From the NCBI RefSeq assembly GCF_002113885.1, contig NW_018408804.1:183904-247903 (forward strand): DNA of 64,000 bases, in the 5' to 3' direction. The translations under genes were made by a program, and so were the position numbers. Source of the stretch: Mizuhopecten yessoensis. Lineage: Eukaryota. Under the pieces are notes generated by a model, which was not told the origin of the DNA, searched no databases, and worked only from the letters and a program-made list of their open reading frames with translations. Position 1 is the stretch's first letter. Every line of letters begins with the position of its first letter. Of this stretch, positions 1-13,735 are shown in pieces.

Positions 1-24
1 GTAAATTTACGCTGTTTTTTTCAG

Positions 25-422
25 CATCAACAGACGTCGTGGCTTTCACTGCACATCTGTCAAAAGATATACCCGAACCAGGAGATGACTACTCAATTAA
101 ATTTGATCACGTGGTCACAAATATTGGAAACGGCTACAATCCCCTGACGGGGGTGTTCACGTGTCCGAAGGCTGGTGTCTACTTGTTCACCTGGACTGCA
201 GGGATATCTAATGCCGGGTACCTCTTCACACAACTTGCTAAAAATGGCGTCACTGTGACTAATTCTTTCACAGGAGATAACTATTACAGTTCCCTATCCT
301 CAGCAATGGCAGTTTTGTTGCTAAATCAGGGAGACGTTGTCAGTGTAAGAGTGATAGCTCATTCACCAGCACCATCGGTATGGCATCATTACACATCCTT
401 TACCGGACTTATATTACACTAG
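25..422 (+). CDS. Terminal coding exon of a C1q-domain-containing protein (globular C1q domain); upstream exons lie outside the window
   Basis: Polypyrimidine tract plus AG acceptor (gtttttttcag) ends at 24. The frame reads STDVVAFTAHL...IKFDHVVTNIGNGYNPLTGVFTCPKAGVYLFTW...VLLLNQGDVVSV...TSFTGLILH*, with the typical gC1q motifs (AF, F..V.TN.G..Y...TG.FTCP..GVY.F, L..GD.V, FSG-like FTG). Confidence 0.95.
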
Positions 423-1012
423 GACATAATTATGTTACACTAGGACACATTGTATTACACTAAGACACATTTATATTACACTAGGACACATTTATATTAC
501 ACTATGACATATTTATATTACACTAGGACACATTTATATTACACTAGGACACATTAATATTACACTAGGATAAACTTATATTACACTAGGACACAAAAAT
601 GGTACATTTATATTTACACTAGGACACATTTATATTTACACTAGGACACATTTATATTACACAAGGACACATCAATATTACACTAGGACATATTAATATT
701 ACACTAGGATAAACTTATATTACACTAGGACACATTTATATTTACACTAGGACACATTTATATTACACAAGGACACATTAATACTACACTAGGACATATT
801 AATATTACACTAGGACATATTAATATTACACTATGACATATTTATATTACACTAGGACATATTAATATTACACAAGGACACATTAATATTACACTATGAC
901 ATATTTATATTACACTAGGACACATTTATATTACACTAGGACACATTTATATTACACTAGGACACATTTATATTACACTAGGACATATTTATATTACACT
1001 TACACTAGGACA
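411..1012 (+). repeat. Minisatellite, ~21-bp unit (atattacactaggacacattt), ~28 copies
   Basis: Tandem repetition is directly visible; the first unit overlaps the last codons and TAG stop of the C1q exon. Confidence 0.95.
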
Positions 1013-1799
1013 CAGTAAACTACACTTGCTCTCCAAAGAGAAAGGGGGATACTCCCATGCTCTCTTTCCATCTTGGATCCTGCCGATATTTTAACGACAC
1101 TCAAGGATATGTTACTTAAACACTAATACCTTATTTCTAAATATGAAATATCGCTGTCTTCATTTTGTGTCTTTCCTGTGCTGACATTGTAGGGCGTAAT
1201 TGGCTTTAATTATGACGTTACAACCTGTGTACTCAACTCACAGTATCACACATCATATTATTTGACAAAATGCAATGCTACTAAAGTAAGATAATTAAAT
1301 CTAATGTCATTTTTTTTCAACAGATTTCATTAGCTTTGTCTATGTAAATTGGATTGAACATCATGCTAGGCCTATATTAAGCATTGTATGGGAGATAACT
1401 CCAATTTAGCTTGTGAAATAAATGGTTTTTTTAACTATTCAATATTCAGTCATCGTCTGTTTATGTTTTGGATATTACCTAGGTATTAATTAAATTAATC
1501 GCGTATACTTGTTGGCAACCCATCCTAAATAAAATCCACGGGATAAAGGCCCAAAGGTCCCTGTGTATAAACACATTGGCCACCCACCCACTGGAAATAT
1601 CGGATAAGTTACCAATTATTTATTGGAGTTAATTCTCTTAAATAGCAAATAACGATAGAATGATCACGTGACTTTAGAATGATAAGAACAGGATTTAGAA
1701 TATATAATTATTAGTCCAGTCGGAATACCAGAGATATTATGAAGATAGATATAATATTTATAATATATATAATAATATATACACTAGTATTACTATTTA

Positions 1800-2440
1800 A
1801 GTATCACTTTCAATGTAAAGTTTGGTTGTGAGTGAGATAACATATCAGATCTATAAGTTTGACGAATAAAGTCAGATATATTTTGTAAAATGTATATGTT
1901 GATATCAGTGCTGTATATTTTGCAGCCATTGAATAGAGTTTTTAGATTATAATGATCATGGTTATCAGTTATACCAAATTGAAAAATGTTTAGTGCTAAC
2001 ATCCTGATGTTTTTATAGAGTGGGCATTCGAATATAAAATGATGCATTTTCGTTTTCATGTGCACATCTACATGCTGGTGTGTCATTCATATGCTCAACA
2101 CACAAGTCACTATTTAGGTTGCTATAATGATTTCTTAGCTGGAAAATTATCGTATTGAGATTTCTTGGCCCATGGTATCTAAATGTGATGGTAATTTCTT
2201 TCATGTTATTTACAATATCATAATTGATTAAATATTAAATATTTACTATTTTTTTTGCAGAGAAGTATCATTTAAAATATTTGCAAAGAGAAGGTTAAAT
2301 TCTCTACATACTGAGGGAAAAACTGTTGAAATAATTTCAGTTCTACAAAGTGGGGGATTGAAAATGCGGCTATTTCTTAGTGGACGTCTTACATTTATAT
2401 TGTTGTAAAGATAGGATGTAATGCTGGACTGATTCTAGAA
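1800..2440 (-). mobile_element. Decayed 3' fragment of a CR1/L2-group LINE ORF2 (C-terminal Cys/His region)
   Basis: Frameshifted peptides QLRNHYSNLNSDL...TPACRCAHENE and HHFIFECPLYKNIR match the C-x-C...E...H-F-x-x-x-C-P-x-Y motif at LINE ORF2 C-termini. Confidence 0.7.
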
Positions 2441-2442
2441 CA

Positions 2443-4083
2443 TTTTTAGCTCGTCTGGTCCGAAGGACCATGGTAAGCTTATGCCAGACCGCATCGTCGG
2501 TCTTCCGTCGTCCGTCCGTCAATCCTTTAAAACGCTACTAGCCCTAAACAGCTAAATAGATTTTGCCTAATTTTGGTCTGGATCAACCTAAGCCAAGGGG
2601 ACTCAATTTTGTATAAATGGTGAGTGTTGCCCCCCTGAGGGGCAGAGGGGCGGGGCCGCATAGGGCAAATAGAGGTAAACCTTTAAAATCCTTCTTCTAC
2701 CATAGGGATTAAGGGATTTTTTAAAGAATTAAGTCTGGAGCATCCTTGGGACAAGGGGACTCAATTTTGTATAAGCAGTGGGTGTGGTTCCCAAGGGGGC
2801 AGAAGGGCGGGGCCCAACAGGGGAAATACGGGTTAACCTTCAAAATCCTCCTTCTACCATAGTGATTTAGGGATTTTATCCTGATTTAGTCTTGAGCATC
2901 CTTTTGCCAAGGGGACTCAATTTTGTATAAACGGTGAGTGTGGCCCCCCTAGGGGCATAAGTGCGTGGTCCAAAGTGGAAATACCGGTAAACCTTTAAAA
3001 TCCTTCTTCTACCATAGGGATTAAGGGATTTTATCCGAATTAAGTCTGGAGCATCCTTAGGCCAAGCGGACTAAATTGTGTATAAATCGTATGTGTGTCC
3101 CCTAGGGGCAGAGGGGCAGGGCCCAATATGGGAATTACAGGTCAAACCTTGAAAATTCTTCTTCTAACATAGGGATTAAGGGATTTTATCCTTATTTAGT
3201 CTGGAGCATCCTTGGACAAAAGGGACTCAATTTTGATTAAAAAGTGAGTGTGTAAATGGTGGATCTGACCCCCTGGGGCCTGAGGGGTGGGGCCCAATAG
3301 AAGTTATTCAGCAAATTCTTGAAAACTCTTATTCTGTAGGAATAACAGGATTTTTTTCATATTTGGTCTAAAGCATCCTTTTAGTGAGGGGAATTAATTT
3401 TGTATAAACGGTGGGTCTGCCCCTCCTTGGGGCTGTGAGACGGGGCCCAATAAGGGATATAGAGGAATTGCTTTAATATCNGGCCTTCTTCTTCTGTAGG
3501 AATGACAGGATTTTGTCCAAATTTGGTATGAAGCACCCTTGGGTGAAGGGAATTAATTTTGTATAAACGGTGGGTCTGCCCCTCCTTGGGGCTGTGAGAC
3601 GGGGCCCAATAAGGGATATAGAGGAATTGCTTTAATATCCTTCTTCTTCCAAGGGATAAAGTTTTTTTGGAAGGGAAGTCAATTTTGTATAATAGGTGGG
3701 TTTAAATACCCCGGGGGCAGAGGGGGCAGGACCAAATATGGAAAATAGAAAAATAGCTTTAAAACATTTTTCTTCTGTAGGAATGACAGGATTATGTCCA
3801 TATTTGGTATGAAGCATCCTTGGGGGAAGGCAACCTGATTTTGTATCAACGGTGGATCTGACCCCTGGGGCCATAGGGCCGAGCCCAATGAGGGAAACAT
3901 GGCAAATTCTTCAAAATCGTAGTTTTCCTGTAGAAATGACAGGATTTTGCCTAATTGTTTATAAATATACCCCTGACTAACCATGTAATACATGTACACT
4001 ACCAGCAACATCATCTAGCTATTCCAACTTCAATTTTGCTAACATTTCCAGGTGAGCTATACAGGCCCTCTAGGCCTCTTGTT
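2443..4083 (+). mobile_element. Non-autonomous Helentron-associated element (HINE/DINE-like) with internal ~180-bp tandem repeats
   Basis: 5' TTTTT-AGCTCGTCTGG subTIR, short hairpin (ggtccgaaggacc), (gtcc)n microsatellite, about 8 diverged ~180-bp repeats, 3' subTIR ccaggtgagcta, 3' hairpin aggccctctaggcct, and a cttgtt end. Confidence 0.85.
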
Positions 4084-6419
4084 ATTTTGGTTACTACAGT
4101 TGCCCCATATTACATCCCAATGTACAAGTGTTGGTCTAATAAAAGAGGTATATATTGTTGTAAGACTTACCGATTCAATCTCTTCGCTATGCCACATATA
4201 GATGGCGCTACTCCGGATATAGGCAGGGACGGTAACTTAGCCCCCTATAACATGTAAACGCGTTTCCTTGAGGGATTTTAATCAAACTTCACACAATTAC
4301 AGAGGACAATAATATCACGGACAAGTTCGAGTTTTAACATTAAAATCAGTTACAAGCTAATTGTATACTTTTCATTTTCCCAAATTAACACCAAAGGGCA
4401 CCATTTGTATAAACCATTACAGTGTACCTGGTAATAGCTAGCGGGAGCCAGTAGGGGACATGTATCGCTTTAGCAATACTCAGTATGCTTGTTAGTTACA
4501 GTTTCATAACAAAAACAAGATATCCGGATAATTACGTACCCTTTTCCGTAAGAAAATTAGAGATTCAGTTCAGCGGATTAAATGTGATACACCAATTTCA
4601 TTTTTTTTCATGCATTAATAGAACCTACATTATTGCTTAATTTCACTGTAACTTCATTTTGATTGTTGTCTATTACGTCATACTAAGAGTTTATAAGCAA
4701 AAAGATTTATTTTACTTCTCTCACATTCTGTTATAGATTTTTTTTTAAACGGACCGAGGACCGAGCCTTTGGGCCAGCTTTGACATGCTTTAAAAGTTTA
4801 ACTGTTTTTTTCAGTATATTTAATGGATTATTTACAATATACCTAATCTTAAAGATTGGTGCAAAATTAACAAAGCCTTTTCCAGGTTCTTCCATTGGTT
4901 GCAAATTAAGGGCAAAGTTCTTTTGGGTTTTTTTCATGAGAAGATTTGGTTTGTAAGTTATATCCTTAGGTAATGACTCCAATTATGTTAACATATAGTA
5001 GTCGAAATTTGCTACTTGATGCCATTTCCGTTTTGCCACGTCTTTGCTATAGTCTCGTTCAACCAGACGCTTGATCACTTGCAATTATCTGTTCGACGAA
5101 GCTTGTGTACACAACATAAGTCTGGTTGAACGAGACTACCTTTTTTCTCAAAAAATTGATAGGAAGGTCTCTGTATTTTACGATTCAATCAAGAGAAACC
5201 ATAAAGAAAGTAAACTTCCGAAGCACACTGCACGAGAGGGCAGAACATGGGCCATGTGATTGGTCTGAAACAGACCTACTAGGGGGTAATATTATATTTC
5301 TGGTGAACACATCATCAGTTTGCGATTTTGAGCAGGTGATATAGACTACATGAACATGCTGTAGAATATCCTGTGATATGTTGTTTACGTATTAAACATA
5401 TGTCAAATCAGTATGATGTAAGGTTAGACGTTAATACAATGGTATTTATACGAATAGCGTTTATATTCGTTTCGCTGGTCTTCGGTACGTGTTGATATCT
5501 TATAATCAATTTTACTGGCCCTCAGTATGTGTATCGTGAATATATCATAATCAAATTTATTGGCCCTCAGTATGTATATAACAACAATTTTATGACGTGT
5601 TGCTATCTAATTTGAAAGTAAAAGTCCTGGAGATGTTGTATGTGTTCCAAACATAAATTTATTACAATCACTTTCTCTGGGCCGGTGGTTAATTTCTGGA
5701 AAATCCAAAAACATACCCGTACTGTCCGAAGCCTACATGTCCTAACTGATGTTACGAGTATAAACATGTCGTTAATATAAGTACGTTTACACAATAAAAG
5801 TAGAATAGTTAGTTTGAGTGACATCTGTCATTCACGGCAATTGTCCTTTGAGACCAAGGCCGTACCCGACCAGGTAAGCCGAATTAGCTGTCCATTGTCT
5901 GAGACTGAGACGAGTTAGTCATGTTACGTAATAGAATGTAGTTAAAAGGTATATGGTACACGATGGACACAGTTAATGTACGAGTTACTCTGACAACAAT
6001 GATTCAAACGAATTATACATGTCAACTTCAAAGAACAAGCTTCGTAAATAGAACTTATCTAAATTGACACAAGTTTAGACAGCTAATTGTTATATACAAT
6101 TTACACAACATAGTTACGGCATATTAAAACGTCACATGGTTGAAGTTTAAAATAGGACAAATAACCAATTTAATGAGATATTAGATGAGGTAAAAAAAAA
6201 TCAAATTCAGCACTTTTATCATAAAATTCTTAATGATAACTATAACGCGAATATTCCATAATCAATTTTAATGGCCCTCAGAATGTTTTCCGTTAATATC
6301 CCACAATTCATGTCATGGCCCTCAGTATGGGTATCGCTTATAAACAATAATCTGTTTTACTGGCGCTTATAATTCAAATTTCGAATACCTAATTAAATAT
6401 CCAGTTAACTGGTTCTCGA

Positions 6420-6889
6420 CACCTAGTCACGTTCTTTGGGCCGACGTTGCAGCCGGTCACCAGGTCGCGGATGTTTTACACCTTTGGTCCAAATAACGAA
6501 ACTTCGCTGTATAACGACGACAGAGGTTGTGCCAGATTAGCCAACGTTGCTCATCAGTTGAAATAGGACCAACACCTGACGGATTTCTAGGATAACGCTG
6601 TGTCAAATTTCCAAAGTTTGTTAACCTATGCTCGACCAGAGACGTATAATATACGTCTCTGGCTCGACATCTGCGTTTGTGTATCAAAAACGTTATTTTG
6701 GAAATGTCAATTTTCAACGCTGGTGCAGCGTTGGGTCAATAACGAGACGCTTTAATTACTCAGAAGCTATGTATTTCGTGTAAAACTCGGCTTTAGATTC
6801 TCTAGGGTAAGGTGCAACGCTTGGCCAACTTAAAGACGTACGAACAAAAATAATAGCACGTTTGACCAATGCCTGACTGCTACCTGGGC
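6420..6889. mobile_element. Probable non-autonomous DNA transposon remnant (CCCAG-ended, EnSpm-like)
   Basis: The right end reads tgctacctggg (cccaggtagca on the minus strand), with recurrent internal (c)caacgttg(g)-like motifs. The left end is not clearly identifiable. Confidence 0.35.
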
Positions 6890-7500
6890 TGTTTGTATTT
6901 CACGTTTATCAAATTATCCACTTACCATTTACTCATGTCCCAACGGTTGTCGTATAGCTGGTTTCCTGACTCAGAAACAAAATTGGAATTTTCAATCCGG
7001 ACATTGTTTGGGAAATCGGAGTCCAGAACATGATGTTCGGCTCATATTGTGACAAACAACCCCCCATTGCAGATTTCCATGTTCCCGAATGTCTAAAAAA
7101 AAAACCTGAAAACAGATACTTCCTGGTGATGTGATACATGTAATATGAGAGAGGACAAATGGATGGTATGTTGTGAGGTGACCTTTCATATCAATGTTGG
7201 TGATGATCGAGCGTAACCGATGATATGTACATGTTGATGTCGTATATTTATAGCCCCCGCTTTGCAGGACATATTGTAGGTTAACATTATTGAGGTTAGG
7301 TTTAAACATGTGAGTATCGTGCTGTTGAGACATAATGTATAGCTTGAAACTCGAAGAAAAAAAAGACTTATATATATACCTCATTAAATATCCGTAAATA
7401 TGCACAAATCACATCGGTTGGCAAACTTAGCATGAGTCGGATGTACATACGGAATTTGATTGAAATATCTGCACAATATCTACAGCAATTATCACATGAA

Positions 7501-7976
7501 AACCAAAGAGTGCCCGAGATGGGTGGAAAGACAGAGATACACAAACATTGTTATCAAGTTTGAAGGAATTTGGCTAATATTTGCTAGAGTTATTAAGCGG
7601 AAACTGCAGATAATGACGTTGTTCGTTGATCAAGGGGCCATAACTCCGCCAAATGGAGTCCGATTCAAGTTGTTGTAAAACTTAGCCGAGCCCTTAATAC
7701 GTTGAACCCTAATAGTAAGTTTAAAGACAATCGGATTATATTTGCGAGAGTTAATGAACAGAAACGGCAGATAATGACGTTTTTCTTTATTCAAGGGGTC
7801 ATCACTCCGCCAAATAAAGTCCGCTGAAAGTGGTCATCGAACCAGGTCGGGTACCAATTCAAGTTTGAAGAAAATCGGTTAACATTTGTTGCAGTTATTG
7901 CACGGAAACGAAACGTGACAGACAGACAGACAGCCGGACAAAGCCAAATTAATATACCCCGCTTTCACCGGATAAT
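7501..7976 (-). mobile_element. HINE/DINE-like element, minus strand
   Basis: The minus-strand 5' end has a short hairpin region (ccggtgaaagcggggtata) followed by a (gtct)n microsatellite, with diverged ~157-bp internal repeats (gcagataatgacgtt at ~7607 and ~7768). Confidence 0.6.
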
Positions 7977-10900
7977 ACTGATAAGGATGGGATGTTGACA
8001 AGGGGTGATGATGGTTTTATTATGAGGGTGCGTTAATTATATACATTTATGTATGTATGAACAAACTCAGCTGTAAATGTGAGAAACGCAATCTTAATAC
8101 AGAAAGTGATGGTAGAGTACGTCAGTATAATGGCGATATTATGGGATGGTAGAGTACGTCAGTATAATGGCGATATTATGGGATGCCAACATAATATAAA
8201 GGATGCTTATTAAATTTTAATGATATTAAAATATTGACTGTGAATATTAAATATGAAAAAACGAAAATAAGACTTGTCTCAATCTATGGATTAAACTATA
8301 AAACAGAAAGGTGGGATTACATGGCTATTTAAACTAGCCTTCAATTTCCTCTAACCTCCTAGGGGAGTAAATAACAAAAGCATATTTTATTTCATCTGCC
8401 CTCGCAGTTTGAAACGCCATGATCAGTTCTCGATATCGATAAAACCTCCCGGCCCAGTGTGTAACAGGGATGTTTACCCTTGGTTCATTCCGAACGCTTG
8501 ACTGTTCATTAGATCTGGTACACCACTCGGAACATCTCGCCTGATTTCATAGACAAGCTTGATGGCTCGTAATGCAAAAAAAATAAATACACGGTATGGG
8601 ACATGTTAAGTGATGTTATCGAGTATAAAGTGGAGTTTAACAGGATCTGATACCAAAGGAAAAGCGCTGGGTGAGTAGAATCGTTTTTAAAGATATCTCA
8701 TTTAATTATTATACTTTATACGTTAGTTTTATTTGGATGTCAGTTTGAAACCAAAGTCGGTTAAGACGTGTCATTTTAATATTTCATTTGTTAATATTTA
8801 TAACCCATTTTGATATTTTGGTTTTCTTAATAATTAAGACGTTTATTAAAAACAATTTCACTCGATATGGATATATTCAAAAATCGATAGAAACAACAAG
8901 GTGTTTGTGCCCAGCTGAAACACAAGGTTTATCCATCACCTTGTTACATCTATTGAGTTGGTCGTTGGAACCATCATGTAGTTGGTAGCACGTGGCTTAA
9001 ACGAAGTTCCATTAACTGCAACACGTTTTACATTAAACAGACCTTAATCAACTGAAAGCAGGTTGTTTGTTTGGAGTGTTTTTGATAGACATATTGCTGG
9101 TAAAGTAGTACTCCTGCCTGGTTGAGAACTTTGTTCAGTCATGTACACTTGCCTGACACAGGGCAAACTATCATTGTCTCGTCTCAAATATAATATGCAA
9201 ACACAATACACATTATACATGATAAATGTGTCGTTTGGGCGAGTTATGACAGGGTTATAAAATACATCTTGTAGAAATCCACTTAGTGAAACACAAGGTG
9301 AAATGACTTGATTACAACGACCGAATGATACAGTGACAAATCGGTCTAGATCTGCCTCTACATGATAGCTATATATCGACCAGACGTTTATCGTGACTGA
9401 CTATCACCAGTGATGATAAGAGGATCTGACACAAACAAAACCTTGTTTATATAGGCCAATTACCTTCAGATGACTTATGACCAGACCGCAAATGTTTAAA
9501 AAGCCATAGGGATGACGTCACGAACAGGTAAAATTAGGACCTTCGGTTTTATTAATTATCAAAACAGAATATAACGTATTATCATTTTTTTCTGTACATT
9601 TACATACACAAAAACTGCTGACATTGTCGAGATTTAAAAATCGAATTAAGAAGGCTTCTCCTGATCAACTGTATGTAAAGTTGGGTAATGTGTTGTGTGT
9701 GAAATAGTCCGAGGTAACATTTCTACGGCGGTTTATTTGGGTGGAGATGTGCCAAACCGAGGCAACTGAAAGATAAACTATCTTGAAGTTATAGTTTGGA
9801 ATACTTTAAAGACATCTAAATCCGTAGCATTTACTCCATGTTTTGCTTTCAAAATTTGATTCAAATTCATACTGAATTTTCTTTTACATTTAATGTCAAG
9901 ATCTTTGGAAATTTTGTTGATATGAAAGTTTGAGTAAACGTTGATATGAATTATTTATACAAGTGCCCTTTTTCAGGGATTACACTTTCCAAAATATTTT
10001 TGTTTTGAATCATGAACGAACATGAATGTTTAACGCGGACAGGAAAAATACCACTGGAAATAAAACATTTACAGATAGGGTAGAACAAACACTTTTAATA
10101 AGTATATACAGTATATAAAGGAAACATCACGAGGGAGAAATTATGCTCTTAGATAAGCGTTAAGAAAACTATCACCGGAGATTAAAAAATGAAAATAAGA
10201 GTACATTGTTTTAAATCATCACCAGAGGATACAAAAAAAAAATCACAAGAAACAGAACTTTCAAAATTGGCTTAGAGAATAAAACTGTCACAGGAAAAAA
10301 GTAATACAATACCAGAACAACGCATCTAATGAAAAAATACAACCATCCGTTAAAGAAGCTAGCTCTTCAGCCGTTAGTCATAAAAGACACGTCAAATAAA
10401 TCTTCGCTAATGCTATCATTTCCTATATCATTGTATTGATCGGACAAGAACGTCTATTGTTAGTTGGTAGAAATATCTGTCCCATGCAAATTAGAATGTA
10501 TCTCCTCTATTGAAGGATAATTTTTTCAGTGACAGTGAATTATGAGGTAAATAAAGGGGAAGACATCACATCATAAATGCTGCACTTCCATTTTTCCTGT
10601 GGTTGTAATTTTCACGATTTTCGCGGTAACGAGTATTCCACGAAAATATACAACCCGCCAAATAAGCAGGTGTTCACTGGAAAGGTAAGTGTTTCAAAAT
10701 CATATGTTATGATACTTCAATCAAATTAAGGATTTTGTCAGCCTAGGTTGAAATTTATCTAAAGGAAAACCTTGGGTAGGTGATATATTTGTCATTAGAA
10801 TTCATATTTATAGAAGTTTTTGAAAGTTAGCACAGACTCTGGCGTTGTTGGAAATTGACTATCATGTTTGTAAGGGAAGGTTTGTAGATTACAACTGAGG

Positions 10901-13494
10901 AAGATGAAATTCACAAACTACGTCGACAATTGTGGTCTTAACTTCATTTTCCATATGTAAGGATGAGACATCTTACGGTATCTGCTTGTCAGTACATGTG
11001 GTTTAAAATATATTTTTTTCCCATTCTGACCTCATCCTCATAATATACTACACGCAAGAAACTAATGTAATCAAAGTCATTATGGCAATAAAGCGATTAC
11101 GGAAATTTGTTAACAGAACGTGGGAATGTTTTTGCCACGGAGCGCAACATGGTGTTCTCCAATACGACAGGAAGTAAAGAAGTGTGTTCTCCATAACAAC
11201 AGGGGGTGAGGTATGCACATTGATAATGGACATCATTTCTATGGTGTTATCCTCTGTGAAAAAATAAAACAAAAAAGTATCAGCAAAGAAAACTGGTGTC
11301 GAGTATTGATTTGGCCATTCGATACATGTCCAAGTGGGTTAACAATGTCACGATCTCTGCCAGGTTTGACTTTATTTCATTTTCCTTCAGTTTTAAACAA
11401 CGTTATGTACGAACAGGAATAAGACGCTCGCTTCGTCATGCTGTCTGTCAGCACGCAATCACTCGGAGATAAAACTAAGTTGAATGATCTACGTGCTGTC
11501 GGATTAGATTCCATCGGTTCAACATTATCAAGGACTAATCTTGACCCCCAGAGTCACGACAGATTGAGTTGGTGGGTAGTCTTGGTGAAAAGCTGGAACA
11601 TTAACACTCTTTGAAAAAGTCGTTTTGATTGTATAGGCTGTTGTTGAAGTTAATTATGTCTCTATCTTTTCTGAGCACAGATATATCTTAGTGTATAGGC
11701 AATGTGGCATATTCTTCTACCATACAGAGGAGTTTGTTTTAGAGAAATAGAAATAACACTTTTTTGCACGTGATTACAGTGAACGTCTGGTTCACTGACC
11801 TGAAGGTGTGTGGTACTAGATTGTCAGGTTTGGTCATATCGTCACTGCAGGACCACAGTCTTGATATCGGAAAGTATTTCATCCTTGGACATATCACAAT
11901 TTGAGAACAATATCCTTCAGATTGCAAACACTTATATTTTTTTTCTTTCTAAAACATGTCACTAATTGCATGTAGCAATAATCTTTGCCAAAACAGGTCT
12001 TCTTGTAATGTGCTTTGACCAAGCCTGATAGATCCAGAGTGCTCATCTGACAGGCCATTGTGCCAAATCAGGGATGTGTACATCCCTAGCCAAACAAGCA
12101 TATATGTTTTTGCAATTTTCAGATCAAAAGTCGTGTTAAGTCAAATAGTTACACATTGAAATTTTACTCTCCTGACCAGGACTTGTTGTTCGGAGTCCTA
12201 AACTTCAAAACAAGATTTAAAGCGTTTAATTGTCATATTGTTTACCCGCTATCACGTGTGTATGAAAACAGAAATCTAGACACGAGCGAGCCATCACATA
12301 GGTTTGACTTGTTTGTTTTTGGCAGACACGCTTGATATATCTCTTTTCCTTTTTAAAGTCTTTTGAAATATTTTGCTCGTTCGACATTGTTTTATTTTTA
12401 ACTTAAAAGACAGAAATTTCCCCAAAAATGTTTTATGGCTGAAAAGTCTTTTGAATGTCAAGCAAATCAAACATCTTAACCTGACGTTATCCTAATTAGC
12501 TTTGTCCTTTAAATAGATAGACCCGACTGTTCAAGTATGGGCAGCTTAACGAGTCGATAATACAACTTATTAATTTAGATATGTTTTGAAAAGGTGTTTG
12601 TAGAAATATCTCAAAATTTACTCTTTTCTGAATTATTAGTTTGGATTCCTGTACAAGACGATTTAATTCTGATTTTGAACATTTTTAAAAATAAATAGGA
12701 TGAAATATTTTAGTTACATGCCGTGAAGCTGATGATGCTGTGAAATTCTGTACAGAGCGGTGTAGCTTTGTATGACTGATGCCTTCTGTCATCGCTACTG
12801 TTGTCGGCATCGAGTCCACAGAACAGTGAAAGTCTGCCGGGATAAATTAGTTTTAAATCTATATAACAGCGTTTCCCAGTTTACAAGGCAGACAAGCGGA
12901 GAACGAGAACCAGTGATAATCAGTTTACGGAGTAACCTCAATCACTGGTGTTTCATTGACAGAGACTTAGGTTAGGGCAAAATATGATAACTAAAGTTGT
13001 TTGTTCATATTGCCATAACAATATCAACAGCTGAGTGATGATCCCGAGCAAGTGATAAACAAACTGAAAGCATAGTCACCCTTGTATGTCCCCCACAGAA
13101 TGATGGTCTGAGGCGACCAAAGCATAGTCACCCCTGTATGCCCCCACAGAATGATGGTCTGAGGCGACCAAACGCGAGGCGTTCGGCGGAGTATAGACTT
13201 GACTCCAGACTATTTGTTTATTTTCTATGGACTTGAGCAGGTCTAACATTTGACCTTTATGGTCAAGAACCTGTACACTTGCTTAAAAGTCATTATACAT
13301 ATATATATATATGATATTAAGCGATCATCATTGAAACTGTATCTAGCAGTAAAGGCAAAGCAAGGCCCGCGCTAGGGGTACCATGTACATGAAAAACGAA
13401 GAAGCACGAATGCTTTGTTATACTCCATTTTTTTGGATAATCTTCAACTTCCTCATTTCCTATCATGAACCTGTTCGCGTGTAGACCTAAAGTA

Positions 13495-13735
13495 ATGTAT
13501 TGTGCTGTTTATGATCACGTGTTGAGTTGTATAATATCGTATTGTATTGTTACGGATGGTAATATATTGTTAAGTATTGCATTGAATTATATTGTATTGT
13601 AATGTATTGTGCTGTTTTTGACGTATTGAGTTGCATGGTATCGTATTGTATTGTTACGTAATGTATATTGTATTGTTACGCATTGTATATTGTATTGTTA
13701 CGTATTGTATATTGTATTGTTACGTATTGTATATC
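13495..13735 (+). repeat. Degenerate (tattg)n microsatellite
   Basis: Directly visible pentanucleotide repeats. Confidence 0.85.

Noticed and set aside
11460-11930. Possible decayed LINE ORF1 or coding remnant
   Set aside because: There are only vague peptide resemblances with multiple stops, which cannot be supported without a search.
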